Below are positions 1 to 10,526 of a stretch of DNA of 64,000 bases, piece by piece. Each line of letters starts with the position of its first letter. The first letter of the stretch is position 1. Origin of the DNA: an uncultured Nitrososphaerota archaeon (GTDB lineage: Archaea; Thermoproteota; Nitrososphaeria; Nitrososphaerales; CADDZS01); contig CAWCYI010000004.1 of NCBI GenBank assembly GCA_963799845.1, forward strand, positions 1,792,001 to 1,856,000, in the 5' to 3' direction. The notes beneath the pieces were generated by a model. The model saw nothing but the letters and a program-made list of their open reading frames with translations. It was not told the origin of the DNA and ran no database searches. The position numbers and the translations under genes were made by a program.

Positions 1-204
1 GTGGACAGGATCTATGAGTTGGACAAGATGACTCGGGAGCAGGCCTTAGAGAAAGCAAAGCAGGAGGCGATCCAGGATTCGATTAATGCAGGAGCGGAAC
101 CCTCGACCGTGAGCATTGTCGAGGCTGAAGAGTTGCCCTTATCATACTTGCCGGGGCTGGCGCTCAGAATTAGGGCAAAGGCGGTTGGGAAACTCAGGAT
201 CTAA
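1..204 (+). CDS. hydantoinase/oxoprolinase family protein, C-terminal end (partial)
   Basis: C-terminal signature A-x-x-A-GA-x-P...EELPLSYLPG...RIRAKAVG typical of this family; truncated by the window edge. Confidence 0.65.
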   Translation: MDRIYELDKMTREQALEKAKQEAIQDSINAGAEPSTVSIVEAEELPLSYLPGLALRIRAKAVGKLRI

Positions 205-381
205 TTATGACATGCTTGCTGATGATAAGTAAATCAGCAGTTAGACATGCTTCTTTTCAACGTACATCTCATACATACACCTCGAAAAATTGGGAGCTTC
301 AGAATTTCTCTAAATAACTGGAGAATTGGGCTGAGAAATATCCAGCAATCTTAAATGTCTATTACGTCTATTATGCCTATT

Positions 382-610
382 ATGCCTACTAGTAAGGTCA
401 ACAGGAACTACCAAGTCACGATTCCGAAGGATGTACGGCGAAAGGCAAAGATAGACATCGGCGACACCGTTTTGGTAGAGTACGATCAAAATGAGAATAC
501 AGTAAAACTGACCCCGCCGAAACGAGGAAGTAGAAAGTCATGGAAGTCTTGGTACGAAGCTTACCGTTGAAGATATCGAGTCCGGCATCGAAAGGGGGCA
601 GTCAGACTGA
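382..610 (+). CDS. AbrB/MazE-family antitoxin (+1 frameshift near 550)
   Basis: SKVNRNYQVTIPKDVR motif; removing one base near 550 extends the frame to LGTKLTVEDIESGIERGQSD* just before the PIN gene. Confidence 0.8.
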
Positions 611-615
611 CAGAA

Positions 616-1011
616 GTGGTTGTTGACACAAATGTCCTGATCTTCGACACGTTTGAGGACAGCGACTTTCATGAAGAGGCTTCTAATGGATTAGATTCGC
701 TATCAAAGTGGAATCTCCCTTCAATCGTGTTCCATGAACTCGTATGGTTTTTCAAATCCCGTGAAATTGATCGTAGCAGAGCAAAATTGAAGATTGAAGA
801 GTTTCTGACTAACGAGAAGACAATATTCTTTCAATGCACTGCAGATGATGTGAGATTTTCGATCGCGCGAATGAACAACTATAGGAATTACAATGATTAC
901 CTAATTCTTTCAGTGGCAAGAAGGCTCGAACTACCCCTGTACACCTTCGACCGCGAGCTCAAGAAAGTAGCTGCAAAGTCTGGCGTGAAGATTTACAAAG
1001 GTCTTGAATAG
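616..1011 (+). CDS. vapC: PIN-domain (VapC-type) toxin
   Basis: VVDTNVL, conserved E, D-Y-LIL and YTFD PIN motifs; directly downstream of AbrB gene. Confidence 0.85.
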   Translation: MVVDTNVLIFDTFEDSDFHEEASNGLDSLSKWNLPSIVFHELVWFFKSREIDRSRAKLKIEEFLTNEKTIFFQCTADDVRFSIARMNNYRNYNDYLILSVARRLELPLYTFDRELKKVAAKSGVKIYKGLE

Positions 1012-1023
1012 ATCGAAGGAGAT

Positions 1024-1236
1024 TTGGAAGATTTAGCTTCACTCAAGTATGATACCCAGGCCAAAGCTTTCTACGTGAAAATCAGAAAAGGGAAAGTAGC
1101 TCAAACCGAGCCACTTAGCGATTGCATCTTTCTAGACCTGGACGCCAAAGGAAAGCTCGTTGGCATGGAAGTTATTCTCCACAAAGATTTACCGGAAGAT
1201 ATGACTAGAAAAATAAGCGCGGCTGCTGCCCTTTAG
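1024..1236 (+). CDS. DUF2283-family small protein
   Basis: YD...AFYVKI...T..LSD.IFLDLD..GKLVGMEV pattern. Confidence 0.75.
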   Translation: MEDLASLKYDTQAKAFYVKIRKGKVAQTEPLSDCIFLDLDAKGKLVGMEVILHKDLPEDMTRKISAAAAL

Positions 1237-1331
1237 AGCTTTTAACAGGTTTCCACACTTATTATCCAACATGCAGACCCGGGACGGCTAAATCTTTATG
1301 TTCAGATTTTTTTCGACCTTTGCTGCAATAA

Positions 1332-1910
1332 ATGAAAATAGACAATAATCAAGACGACCCTGACCTTACGAAGAAACTAGATTTCTTCTTCGAGGTAGTC
1401 AGGAAAAGAAGGGCGTGCAGGCACTTTGATTCTACTCCGATTCCACGGGAGATTCTTGACAAGATATTGTATGCGGCCCACAGGGCACCGACGGGAGGAA
1501 ACATACCATACAGGTTTGTAATTCTGGTAGATGACCCTGTTCAACTGAAGTTGCTGAAGATGGTCTCGCCTGGACTCCTGGGTAACGCGATGGCTGCACT
1601 CGTCATATGCACGAACGCTAGGATAGCCGAAGAGAGCGGAAACCTGGCTATCGAAATGTCGCGCGTTGATGCGGGAGCAGCAGCTGAAAATGCCGTGCTT
1701 GCGACTTACGCATTGGGGCTCGGGGCGTCTTTTATCAAGTCTTACTCGGAAGCGGCTGTCCGTAGAGTTCTGGAGATTCCCGATCATTGTAGGACGGAAA
1801 TCGTTGTGTCGCTTGGTTTTCCATCAAAGGACGAGCCTCCGCCGATCAAGAAGGGAAAGGCGGGGAAGATTACATACCTGAATTTCTACGGGAATGAAAA
1901 GGGGAGTTAG
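1332..1910 (+). CDS. nitroreductase family protein
   Basis: RRACRHF, APTGGN, DAGAAAEN..LA..ALGLG, SLGFP motifs. Confidence 0.9.
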   Translation: MKIDNNQDDPDLTKKLDFFFEVVRKRRACRHFDSTPIPREILDKILYAAHRAPTGGNIPYRFVILVDDPVQLKLLKMVSPGLLGNAMAALVICTNARIAEESGNLAIEMSRVDAGAAAENAVLATYALGLGASFIKSYSEAAVRRVLEIPDHCRTEIVVSLGFPSKDEPPPIKKGKAGKITYLNFYGNEKGS

Positions 1911-1911
1911 A

Positions 1912-2244
1912 ATGCCGGACAAAATTTCAAAGAGTACTGATAGACTTGAAGATGGTCTGTTTGAGCTGGCGTTATTTCTTCTAATTTCGGCTAGAGGTTG
2001 CGTGGATGAGCCACGCATCTATGGATCGTTTCGGCTCATGGATGCGCTCAGCAGGCTTTGTGAAGTTTATTCGAAGTCTGACAAGCTTGAGCCAGACGAG
2101 TTTCTTTCCAAATTAAAAGAACAGGTGGACAGGGACAAGTACAAGAGCATTCAATCCGAAGAGGCGTTCATCAAGAGCATGGATGATCTGGTGGTAAAGT
2201 TCACGGATGAGCTCAAGAGGAGATACGGCTCTTCTTCGAAATAG
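1912..2244 (+). CDS. DUF6092-like helical protein
   Basis: LFELALFLLISARGCVDEPRIYGSFRLMDALSRL resembles DUF6092; starts 1 nt after the nitroreductase stop. Confidence 0.6.
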   Translation: MPDKISKSTDRLEDGLFELALFLLISARGCVDEPRIYGSFRLMDALSRLCEVYSKSDKLEPDEFLSKLKEQVDRDKYKSIQSEEAFIKSMDDLVVKFTDELKRRYGSSSK

Positions 2245-2387
2245 GTCGTTGAAAAAGAAATGATTAATCCCCGATTCATTTTGTCCTTGTCCGACTTCAC
2301 CTCGCTTATATCATCAGTTTGAGTTATTCAGAAAGACCAATGCTGATTTAGGTCCATTTGACAAGGATTTGGGAACGTCGCGCGTAA

Positions 2388-2705
2388 ATGATTTCTGGAA
2401 ATTTTTTGAAATTCACGGGATTGCTCGAGCCCGCAGTAGAGGGTGGATTTATCTTAAAGTGCTTCGAACTCCCTGTCGCTACTGAAGGGGAAACAAAAGA
2501 AGAAGCTCTTGCGAATCTGAAAGAGGCAATCGAGGGATATATCGAAGTAAGGGCTGAGTTGCTGGGTAAATCCAAAACAAAGATGAAGAGAGAATTGGTG
2601 GAAATTACAGATGATTTAATCTTACATGCAGTCGGAGCGGGCAAGTCCGGAGAACGAAAAAATGCCCTTAAGGATTTGGAAAGATTGGAATCGATCGACT
2701 TTTGA
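2388..2705 (+). CDS. hicB: HicB-family antitoxin (no adjacent hicA)
   Basis: EGGF...ELP.ATEGETKEEALANLKEAIEGY motif. Confidence 0.75.
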   Translation: MISGNFLKFTGLLEPAVEGGFILKCFELPVATEGETKEEALANLKEAIEGYIEVRAELLGKSKTKMKRELVEITDDLILHAVGAGKSGERKNALKDLERLESIDF

Positions 2706-2761
2706 ATAATTAGGAGGATGAAAAACTAATCTGGAGAGCCCTTGTGAAAATCTGTACCAAA

Positions 2762-3214
2762 CTAGCAACTGTTCAGATATATGTGCAAAAACTCTCTGCT
2801 CGAGCATGCTTTGGTATTTCTTGCGATCTCGGTGGAGACTATCAGATCGAGCCTCAATTTCTGATCGCCCGTTACAACATAGTTCGACTTCGCGATTGCT
2901 GTCGCACTGAAGATAGGAGTGTCTTTTTGATCGTGTACTTTTCCCATATCTGTCTCAATTCTTGATAGTATATCATGCAACCGAACAAGTTGGTAATCTA
3001 TCTTATCGAGGTACAAACCAAGCAGGCTCTCCAATCCCTCGAATTTCTCCTTGAGCACTTCTCTTGACTCAATTAATACTGTCTCGGGCAGGACGAGGTC
3101 AATAGTGCCCTCTTCGATCAACTGCAAAATCCGGTGCTCATTACCCTTTGCGAATACGAGTCCAGATATCAATATGTTAGTGTCTAGGAGTACGCTTACT
3201 CTTTCTTTTTGCAT
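2762..3214 (-). CDS. PIN-domain toxin
   Basis: VLLDTNILISGL, D.KD.PI, VVTGDQKL motifs. Confidence 0.85.
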   Translation of the reverse strand: MQKERVSVLLDTNILISGLVFAKGNEHRILQLIEEGTIDLVLPETVLIESREVLKEKFEGLESLLGLYLDKIDYQLVRLHDILSRIETDMGKVHDQKDTPIFSATAIAKSNYVVTGDQKLRLDLIVSTEIARNTKACSSREFLHIYLNSC

Positions 3215-3479
3215 AGGTGTCCTTCCAGAGCTCACCCCTGATGCGTTCGACATCTTTACCGAGAAGACGTTTCGTCAATCCTTTCTCCGCTGCCACTTTC
3301 TCAAGAATTTCGGAGATTTCATTTATCCCAAGATCGTCAACTCTCTTCATGAAAACAATGTTCCCGATAGGTTTCATGTAGATGTAGCTGCCTTTCTTCA
3401 GACCCGTGCTGGACCGCAGTCTCGAAGGCAATGTCACCTGACCCTTCGAAGTGACCTTGACGATCTCTTCTTGGCTCAT
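3177..3479 (-). CDS. AbrB/MazE-family antitoxin
   Basis: VKVTSKGQVTLPSRLR motif; overlaps the PIN gene start. Confidence 0.85.
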   Translation of the reverse strand: MSQEEIVKVTSKGQVTLPSRLRSSTGLKKGSYIYMKPIGNIVFMKRVDDLGINEISEILEKVAAEKGLTKRLLGKDVERIRGELWKDTYAKRKSKRTPRH

Positions 3480-3490
3480 CTTATTATACA

Positions 3491-3505
3491 GTAAGGAATC
3501 CTTAC
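3491..3505. promoter_or_regulatory. perfect palindrome, putative autoregulatory operator of the AbrB-PIN operon
   Basis: GTAAGGA-A-TCCTTAC, 11 nt upstream of the antitoxin ATG and next to a TTTAA TATA-like box. Confidence 0.55.
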
Positions 3506-3587
3506 CCTTTAAGGATAGCGACAATCTTTCTGATAACATACTGGAAAATTCTAAATTATTCCTATGGATGAAATAATTTCCTGAAAA

Positions 3588-4389
3588 TCAAGTTTCGAAT
3601 TTTACCCATTCGCTGGGTGGGATTGGTTGCTCCAGTCCATCTACAGGAATGTTTCGTCCATTGATCCAGTTGGCGCGGGGAGAGGAGAGAAAAACGATAA
3701 CGTCTGCAACTTCCTCTGGAGTACCCAGACGACCCATGGGGAATCCATCTATAACGTAGTCCGCAAAACTTTCCGGGTATTTTTTGCTGAAATTATCCCA
3801 GCCAGAACCGGACCAGAGGATAGAACCAGGGGAGACCGTGTTTACGCGGATTTTAGAACCTCTGAGTTCCAGAGCGAGACGCTCGGCCAGAAAGATCATC
3901 GCCGCCTTTGACGAGCCATACTGGCCGGTGAAAGCTAGTTGAGGCTCCCACCCGGAGATCGATGCCACGTTCACGATCGAGCCGCCGCCTCGCGCCTTCA
4001 TGTGCGGCGCGACCAGCCGCGTCATCCGGATCAGCTGGAAGAGATTCATTTCAAAAGTCTTTTTCCAATCTTCATCACTGCTTTTCATCAGATTTCCCCC
4101 GGAGTTGGAACCTACGTTGTTCACAAGTATGTCTATACCGCCCAATTCCTCCAAGATTCGAGCTACGAATTTCGAGGCATCCTCTGGCTCGCACACATCG
4201 CCCTGAAACGCTAGCACTCGACGACCCATTGCTCTAAATTCCTTCTCAGCTTCTTGAAGAGCTTCTTTATTTCGCGCGCAAAAACCCACGTTGCAACCTT
4301 CCATAGCAAATGATCTCGCAGTGCGGAGACCTATTCCCCTGCTTCCGCCAGTAATCAGAGCTGACTTTGTCTTTTAGACCTAGATCCAT
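3588..4389 (-). CDS. short-chain dehydrogenase/reductase (+1 frameshift near 4365)
   Basis: MDLGLKDK/SALITGGSRGIG after removing one base; ILVNN, YGSSKAA, VNTVSPG motifs. Confidence 0.9.
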
Positions 4390-4563
4390 GATCGCAAATG
4401 TCGGCGACGGATTCGATATATCTTCTTTGTTTTTGTTAAATCTAGCGACTAGTGTGAAACCCCGAAAAGAGATCAGGATCCGATCTAGACTACAGTTAGC
4501 GAATAAATAATCCTTTCAATGCTTTTAGACCAAGTATCGAAGTAAAATCTGGTCAGATCTGGG

Positions 4564-6243
4564 TTGAAAATAGTTGTAGAAGCCGATCGCATTTACACGA
4601 TGAATCCTGCCTCGGCAAAGGTTCGATTCATAATCGCAGAAGCTGGTTTTATCACCTACACAGGCAATAACCCGATTCCTTCTGAATTGGAAGGCGCTAC
4701 CTATTATGATTTCAAAGATCACATCGTCACGCCCGGATTGATAGACTCGCATAACCATTTTCTTCACACCGGTCTGGGATCTCTTTTCACAGCTAATCTC
4801 GCCGCTTTTGAAGAAACAAATCTTGACGCCATAATAGATAAGATACAAGAATTCGCGAGGAAATCGGAATTCCCATGGACCTTAGGTAGCGGTCTAAATG
4901 AAAAAAGGATCAAAGAAGGCCGACTGCCGACTGCGCTAGATCTTGATAGGATCAATACGAACAAACCCATTTTCATAACGCACAACACGGTACATTACGG
5001 TGTGTGCAACAGCGCTGCTCTAAAGATAGCTCAAGTTAGTAGGGAAACCTGTGATCCAGTCGGGGCAAAGATTGGAAGATTTCCCGATGGTGAACCGAAC
5101 GGTATTCTCTTTGAACCAGCGGCAATGGATCTTGTCCGCAAACACATACCATCATTCTCCAAGGAACAATACAAGAGAGCGATGTCGGAAGCATCCGGAC
5201 GTTATTTGGCTGAGGGTCTGGTCTGCGTGAAGGACACTGGAGGAACCGGAGCAGATCTTGACGAGGTGCAAAGAGTGGAAATACTAAATGAGCTGAACGA
5301 AGCTCACGAGCTCCAGATAAGACAGAGTATCTGCCTTCCCGTATTTTCTCTTGAGGACGTATGGAAAAAAGTGGATCTCTCAAAAAGAATTGGGGACAGC
5401 GAATTTCTCAGGTTTGTCGGATACAAGCTCTTTCTTGATGGAAGCGGTTACGGAAGAACCGCGTGGATGAAAGAGGAGTGGAATAGAAATTTCGAAGTTA
5501 TAGAAAAAGGAAATTTCGGATTTCCGCTCTGGAAAATTGAAGATTTTCGTGCGGTGCTCGATTACTTTGCCGACAATCTAACGGATGAGATGATCGATAT
5601 TCACACGATAGGAGATATGGCGATTGAGACCGCTCTAATTGAAATAAGGAGAATAAAGGCTAGAAATCCAAGATTGAGATTTTCTCTAATCCATGTCTAT
5701 GCTCCTGAGGAGAGACAACTCGAGTTGATGAAGGAGCTCGATGTCTTTGTGGAATTTCAATCAGCCTTCCTGTATTTTTACGGCGACCTCATGGCTGACA
5801 ATCTCGGAGAAAACAGGCTCAAGAGATTCATGCCGGCGAAATCATTCCTCGAGAAAGGATTGACCGCTGCAAATAGCTCTGACTCTCCAGTAGTTCCGTT
5901 TGCTCCGGTTTACGGGATATTTGCATCGATGTACAGGGAGACGAAGAGCGGGGTTCCAAGCCGTAAAGTATTCAATCCGAACGAAAGGGTAGAGTTCGAG
6001 GAAGCTCTTCCTCTCTACACGCGTAATGCCGCAAAGTGTGTAGGAAGACGAGATTTAGGCGTTCTTGAAAACGGGAGGCGCGCAGATTTTGTCGTTTGGA
6101 AAAAGGAAATTCAAGATCTGAAAGAGAATGAGAAACTCGAAGGGAACGTCCTTGCTACATTTGTAGGCGGAAGGCAAGTATACGTCAATCCTGATCTCGA
6201 TTCCAAGTCTCAGCTAGTCTTTGCCTCGGTTGCATCCCAATGA
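4564..6243 (+). CDS. amidohydrolase 3 family (YtcJ-like)
   Basis: PGLIDSHNH, KLFLDGS, IHTIGD, SSDSP, G.LE.G..ADFVV motifs. Confidence 0.9.
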   Translation: MKIVVEADRIYTMNPASAKVRFIIAEAGFITYTGNNPIPSELEGATYYDFKDHIVTPGLIDSHNHFLHTGLGSLFTANLAAFEETNLDAIIDKIQEFARKSEFPWTLGSGLNEKRIKEGRLPTALDLDRINTNKPIFITHNTVHYGVCNSAALKIAQVSRETCDPVGAKIGRFPDGEPNGILFEPAAMDLVRKHIPSFSKEQYKRAMSEASGRYLAEGLVCVKDTGGTGADLDEVQRVEILNELNEAHELQIRQSICLPVFSLEDVWKKVDLSKRIGDSEFLRFVGYKLFLDGSGYGRTAWMKEEWNRNFEVIEKGNFGFPLWKIEDFRAVLDYFADNLTDEMIDIHTIGDMAIETALIEIRRIKARNPRLRFSLIHVYAPEERQLELMKELDVFVEFQSAFLYFYGDLMADNLGENRLKRFMPAKSFLEKGLTAANSSDSPVVPFAPVYGIFASMYRETKSGVPSRKVFNPNERVEFEEALPLYTRNAAKCVGRRDLGVLENGRRADFVVWKKEIQDLKENEKLEGNVLATFVGGRQVYVNPDLDSKSQLVFASVASQ

Positions 6244-6258
6244 AAAGCCTACTCGCCA

Positions 6259-7539
6259 TTAGGACTGAATGTCGCTCATCGCTTTCAGGAATTCGGCTAT
6301 CTCATCCAAGGTATTATAGTGAACCAAGCTGGGTCTAAGAAAGCCTGTTTGTTTGTACAGCTCGGTGGCTTTTGAATAATAGTTCTCAGTCCTAATCGCG
6401 ATGCTGTATTTTTCCCAAATCTTTCTGACTACCGAATCATCCGACATGTCTTTGACCTTGAATGCAAAAGTAGGGTACCTCTCTTCGAGTTTCTTGAGAT
6501 CTTTTTTTCCGAAAAACTGTATGTGTGGCATGTCTAGCAGACCCGGGTATCCTCCGTATCCGCCTAACATCGCCTTTGATTGTTCCCTCCCGTATTGCTC
6601 GATTGCTTCCATTGCGTCGTGAACGGCCTTTGCGCGGTTTGAAGATTGTAACCCCTGTCGAGAAGTTCCCAATCGTTGCGACAGCCAGACCAGATGATCG
6701 ATTACGGCGCTGATCGCGGCAAAGATCGTGTGATCTCTGTTCCCCCATTCCCATTTCGAGGGAGGAGTCAGGGGCGCAGGCGCTACCTTGTAATTCTGCA
6801 GGCGTTTCAAATGCTCATGTTTGCCGTACATGAAGGCGCCGTGGGCGGAAAATAGCTTGTACCCTGAAAAAATCAAGAAATCACAATCAATCGATTGCAC
6901 GTCGACCGGACCGTGCGGAACTGAATGAACGGCGTCAACGATGAATAGTGCCCCAACTTCCCGCGCCGCCTTTCCAATTTCATACAAGTTCGTTTTGTTG
7001 CCGAGGAGGTTTGCGGCAGCCGAAACTGACACGATTTTGGTTTTCTTGTCCACAAGCGTATGAAATTGGGCGAGGTCGAGAGAACCGTCTTCCAACAGGT
7101 GAATTAATCTGACTTCGGAAATCTTTCCCTGAGTTTTTAGTTCCAGCCAGGGACTGAGGTTTGCATAATGCTCGTAACCGGTAGTAATAGCGTTTTCACT
7201 GCCAGTCATTTCCTTTCCCAGCGCGTAGCTTAATCGAAAAAACAGGCTGGTCGATGATTCACCAGATACGATGTTTCCGGCTGACGGAGCGTTGAGAAGA
7301 TCTGCGACCGCCTGCCTTCCTTCGGAAATCAGATCGGCTTGATTTACCGATTCCTCGAAGATCGATCCTTCTTCGGCTGCGCAATCAATTCGTGCGCGCG
7401 CCTGGGCCTCGGCTGCCTTTGCGAGTACCAGTGTGCCGCCACCGTTGTCAAAGAAAATCCTCTTCCGTCCGCTGGAGGTGTAACCGGCTCGAGGAAATCT
7501 GTCCCTTATCTCTTGCACAATTTCGTTCCCAAAATTCAT
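6259..7539 (-). CDS. class-V PLP aminotransferase / cysteine desulfurase-like protein
   Basis: FFDNGGG, VDAVH, FSGYKLF (PLP lysine), LRPSLVHYNT motifs. Confidence 0.85.
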   Translation of the reverse strand: MNFGNEIVQEIRDRFPRAGYTSSGRKRIFFDNGGGTLVLAKAAEAQARARIDCAAEEGSIFEESVNQADLISEGRQAVADLLNAPSAGNIVSGESSTSLFFRLSYALGKEMTGSENAITTGYEHYANLSPWLELKTQGKISEVRLIHLLEDGSLDLAQFHTLVDKKTKIVSVSAAANLLGNKTNLYEIGKAAREVGALFIVDAVHSVPHGPVDVQSIDCDFLIFSGYKLFSAHGAFMYGKHEHLKRLQNYKVAPAPLTPPSKWEWGNRDHTIFAAISAVIDHLVWLSQRLGTSRQGLQSSNRAKAVHDAMEAIEQYGREQSKAMLGGYGGYPGLLDMPHIQFFGKKDLKKLEERYPTFAFKVKDMSDDSVVRKIWEKYSIAIRTENYYSKATELYKQTGFLRPSLVHYNTLDEIAEFLKAMSDIQS

Positions 7540-7703
7540 TCGAATGATCTCTACTGAGATTTCAGGCTGAAGAGGCCAGCGTTAATTAAGTTTCGTAGTA
7601 GGCTGAGAAAGAAGGAGAAGTTTTGCTTCCTTGATTTTTAGAGCACCGACACACAGGCATCCTCAGTTAACCTCACTGGGCCATTTTTAATCCTTAAGTG
7701 CTT

Positions 7704-7719
7704 GAGTACCGCAGTACTC
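7704..7719. promoter_or_regulatory. inverted repeat, putative operator of the RHH-PIN operon
   Basis: GAGTAC-CGCA-GTACTC, 11 nt upstream of ATG 7731. Confidence 0.45.
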
Positions 7720-7730
7720 TTAGAAAATAA

Positions 7731-7977
7731 ATGGCTCAGTTAAAGTTCATCGTTAGCGATGATCTCGCGAAGAAGTTTAGGCATACTGTGTTGGCCAAGC
7801 GAAGGAAAATTAGAAGTTTCACATGAGGGCGAAGAAGCTTTGAAACTCTATCTGAAAAAAAACAAGAAGAAAATTATCGATTCCTCAGAGGATTCCTCCC
7901 GAGTTGACACAATCTTACGTGTAATAGGCGCGATCAAGTCCAGTAAAAGGCAAAACGCCCTTGACGACTTAATTTGA
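7731..7977 (+). CDS. ribbon-helix-helix antitoxin (+1 frameshift near 7803)
   Basis: MAQLKFIVSDDLAKKFRHTV..KR/GKLEVSHEGEEALKLYL; overlaps the following PIN gene. Confidence 0.6.
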
Positions 7978-8413
7978 ATCGATTGGTTCTTGATATTCAT
8001 AGCTCAACGATATTAGTATCCGCGGCTGATGAATCCGATGCGTTGCATGATGACGGCGCTGCTGTGTTGAAGGCTCTCTATGATAGAACTCTGCCGACAG
8101 CTATGACGACTGATTATGTTATTGATGAGACCCTTCTCTTCTTCGGAAGAGGCATGTGAAGTCGGGCTCGTATCCGAGATTGCAGACAACATATTATCTT
8201 CGACATTAATCCGGAGAGCCTAATGTCGACGAGATCCTTTTCAAAGAATCTCTCCCGAATTTTCGAAAATACTCGGAGTTGAGTTTCACTGATGCGGGCA
8301 GTCTGACGCTCATGAGGAAGCAAAGAATACGAGAAATATATTCCCATGACACGGATTATGACATAAAGGGCACCGTCCAAAAGGAAAGGCCCTGTACCGT
8401 GATTTCATGCTAA
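7974..8413 (+). pseudogene. PIN-domain toxin, disrupted
   Basis: TTDYVIDETL, ELSFTDA and YSHDTDYD PIN motifs distributed over several frames. Confidence 0.6.
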
Positions 8414-8467
8414 TCTGGAGACTCGTGGAGGATGTCGTAATGAATCGAAATTCGTTGGGAATTCCCC

Positions 8468-9563
8468 TCACTCCAGGGTCCTTGGAAATGTGCTAAGCTG
8501 CAAAGCTCCCTCTTCAGTAATCAAAACGTCTTCTTCGATCCTGATTCCTCCATAACCTGGAATATATATCCCCGGCTCGATAGTAACGGTCTGATCTTTT
8601 TCAAGTAGATGATCACTCGAGGGATCAAGCATTGGATATCCAGAGTTGATTCCGATTCCGTGTCCCACACCATGGGTGAAATACTGTGAATATCCCCGTT
8701 GCTTCATTACTCGCCTCGCGGCTGCATCGACTTGTCTAGCTTTTACGCTGGGTTTGATTATGTTCATTGCTGCTTCTGTCGCTTCGTTTATCACATTGTA
8801 GAGCTCGAGTTCTTTTTTGCCCGTTCGCTCTACGGTATGGGTTCTTGTGATATCTGACCAGTAACCGTTCACGCGGGCCCCCAGATCTACGAAGATAAGC
8901 TCACCGTTTCGGAGGCGTTTTTGTGTCGGGCTACCGTGAGGGTACGCGGATCTCTTGCCGGAGGCAACGAGAGGCGAGAAGGCAAACCAGTCAGCACCGT
9001 TTTTGAGCATCTCGGCGACAGCGCAGGTCGAGATTTCACTTTCTGTAACTCCTTCAGATATCATCTCTTTTGCGCGGGCGTGCGCCGTTTCCGTGATCCC
9101 GATTGCCTTTGTGATATTCCGGAGTCTCCATGGCGTCCTTCCTCGCCCTGAGTCTATCCAGATCACCGCTTATGTCCCTGAGCGGACCAGCGCTATCAGC
9201 CAACTTTTTAGCTAGCGCATACGACATCTTGCCGTAGTCGACGCCCAATTTTTTTACTCCGAGCAATGCCATATTTTCCATTATGAAGGTCTCGAGCCCT
9301 GAGGGATCCGCGGGACCTTCGACGACCTCGCCGAACAGGATCTCATCCTTTGCTTCTTCGGCACCCAGTTTTAGACTGAACACGAGAACCTTTCCCTGCT
9401 GAGTTACAAGTGTGGGCACCGATACGCCTAAGTAAGTTAAGGGCAAGCCCGTGAAATATTGGACGGCACCCGGCTCGGAAATAAGTGCGGATTCTATCGA
9501 GAGTTCGGACATCATCTTCAGAATTTTTTCCATGCGCTTTTTGTAGTAGATCTTGCCAACCAT
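8468..9563 (-). CDS. Xaa-Pro peptidase, M24B family (+1 frameshift near 9125)
   Basis: creatinase-type N-domain plus DLGA..GY.SDITRT, HGVGHGIG, TIEPGIY, GIRIEED; the two ORFs join on removing one base. Confidence 0.9.
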
Positions 9564-9607
9564 GATGTTGCCGGGTTTTAGAGAGCAGCATTTAGAATTA
9601 CCGAAGG

Positions 9608-10396
9608 GTGCTTGGCCGAATGTCCACTAGAACGAAGAGACACAACCTTCCAAGAGAAGTTCCAGTCAGGTTTCGCAGCAAGGGGAAAACTGTCTTTGGA
9701 GTACTCCATCTCCCTCCAAAGAAAACCGAGTCCGTCTTGATTTTCGCGAACGGTTTCCCCGACAACATGCTAGAGATTCACATAATCATCGCAAGCGCCC
9801 GATATTTTTCCGAAAGAGGGTTTGCGTTTTTGAGATTCAATCCGAGAGGCCGGTGGCCGAGCAAAGGAACCTTCACGAAGATGGACGTGAGCGATACGGT
9901 CGAAGATCTGCGTAATGCCATCTTGTTCGCGAGACGGAAGGGATTCGAAAAGATAGGACTGATCGGACACAGCCTCGGCGGTGTAGCGTCGATACTGGTA
10001 CCCAAGAATTATGTTAGGGCGGTGGCGCTGTGGGAGGCGTCTTCCCCCAAATACGTACACAAGAGGTGGACTACAAGGAAGATGAAAAAGCAGATGGAAG
10101 AGCTCGGATATGCGGTTCATGCCGATTATGGAATTGTTGTGGGCAGTCGCATGTATGGTGAGTTTGGGAGGTTGGGCGATATCTCAGAATCTGTTCGCAA
10201 AATTGGGGTGCCGGTACTCATCGTCGCAGGAACCCGAGCAAAATTCATGACAAACCTATCAAAAACATACTTCAAAGTGGCCCCTGAACCGAAGGAACTC
10301 AGGATTATTCTAGGGGCGAGTCACACATTCGATAATTTGAAGCATGAACAGAAGCTCTTTGGTTACACATTCGACTGGTTTAACAAGTGGTTATAG
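9608..10396 (+). CDS. alpha/beta hydrolase
   Basis: GHSLGG nucleophile elbow, GASHTF. Confidence 0.85.
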   Translation: MLGRMSTRTKRHNLPREVPVRFRSKGKTVFGVLHLPPKKTESVLIFANGFPDNMLEIHIIIASARYFSERGFAFLRFNPRGRWPSKGTFTKMDVSDTVEDLRNAILFARRKGFEKIGLIGHSLGGVASILVPKNYVRAVALWEASSPKYVHKRWTTRKMKKQMEELGYAVHADYGIVVGSRMYGEFGRLGDISESVRKIGVPVLIVAGTRAKFMTNLSKTYFKVAPEPKELRIILGASHTFDNLKHEQKLFGYTFDWFNKWL

Positions 10397-10526
10397 AAGT
10401 CCAATTGGACGCCCTAAAGAATCTTGATTGAAATCTGAAAGGACAATCGAGAACAGATCGGGTCTTTTATTCTACTCTTAGTATTTTTTGAATCCTTAAA
10501 TAAGAAAATTAGTAGGCTTTTCGCTA

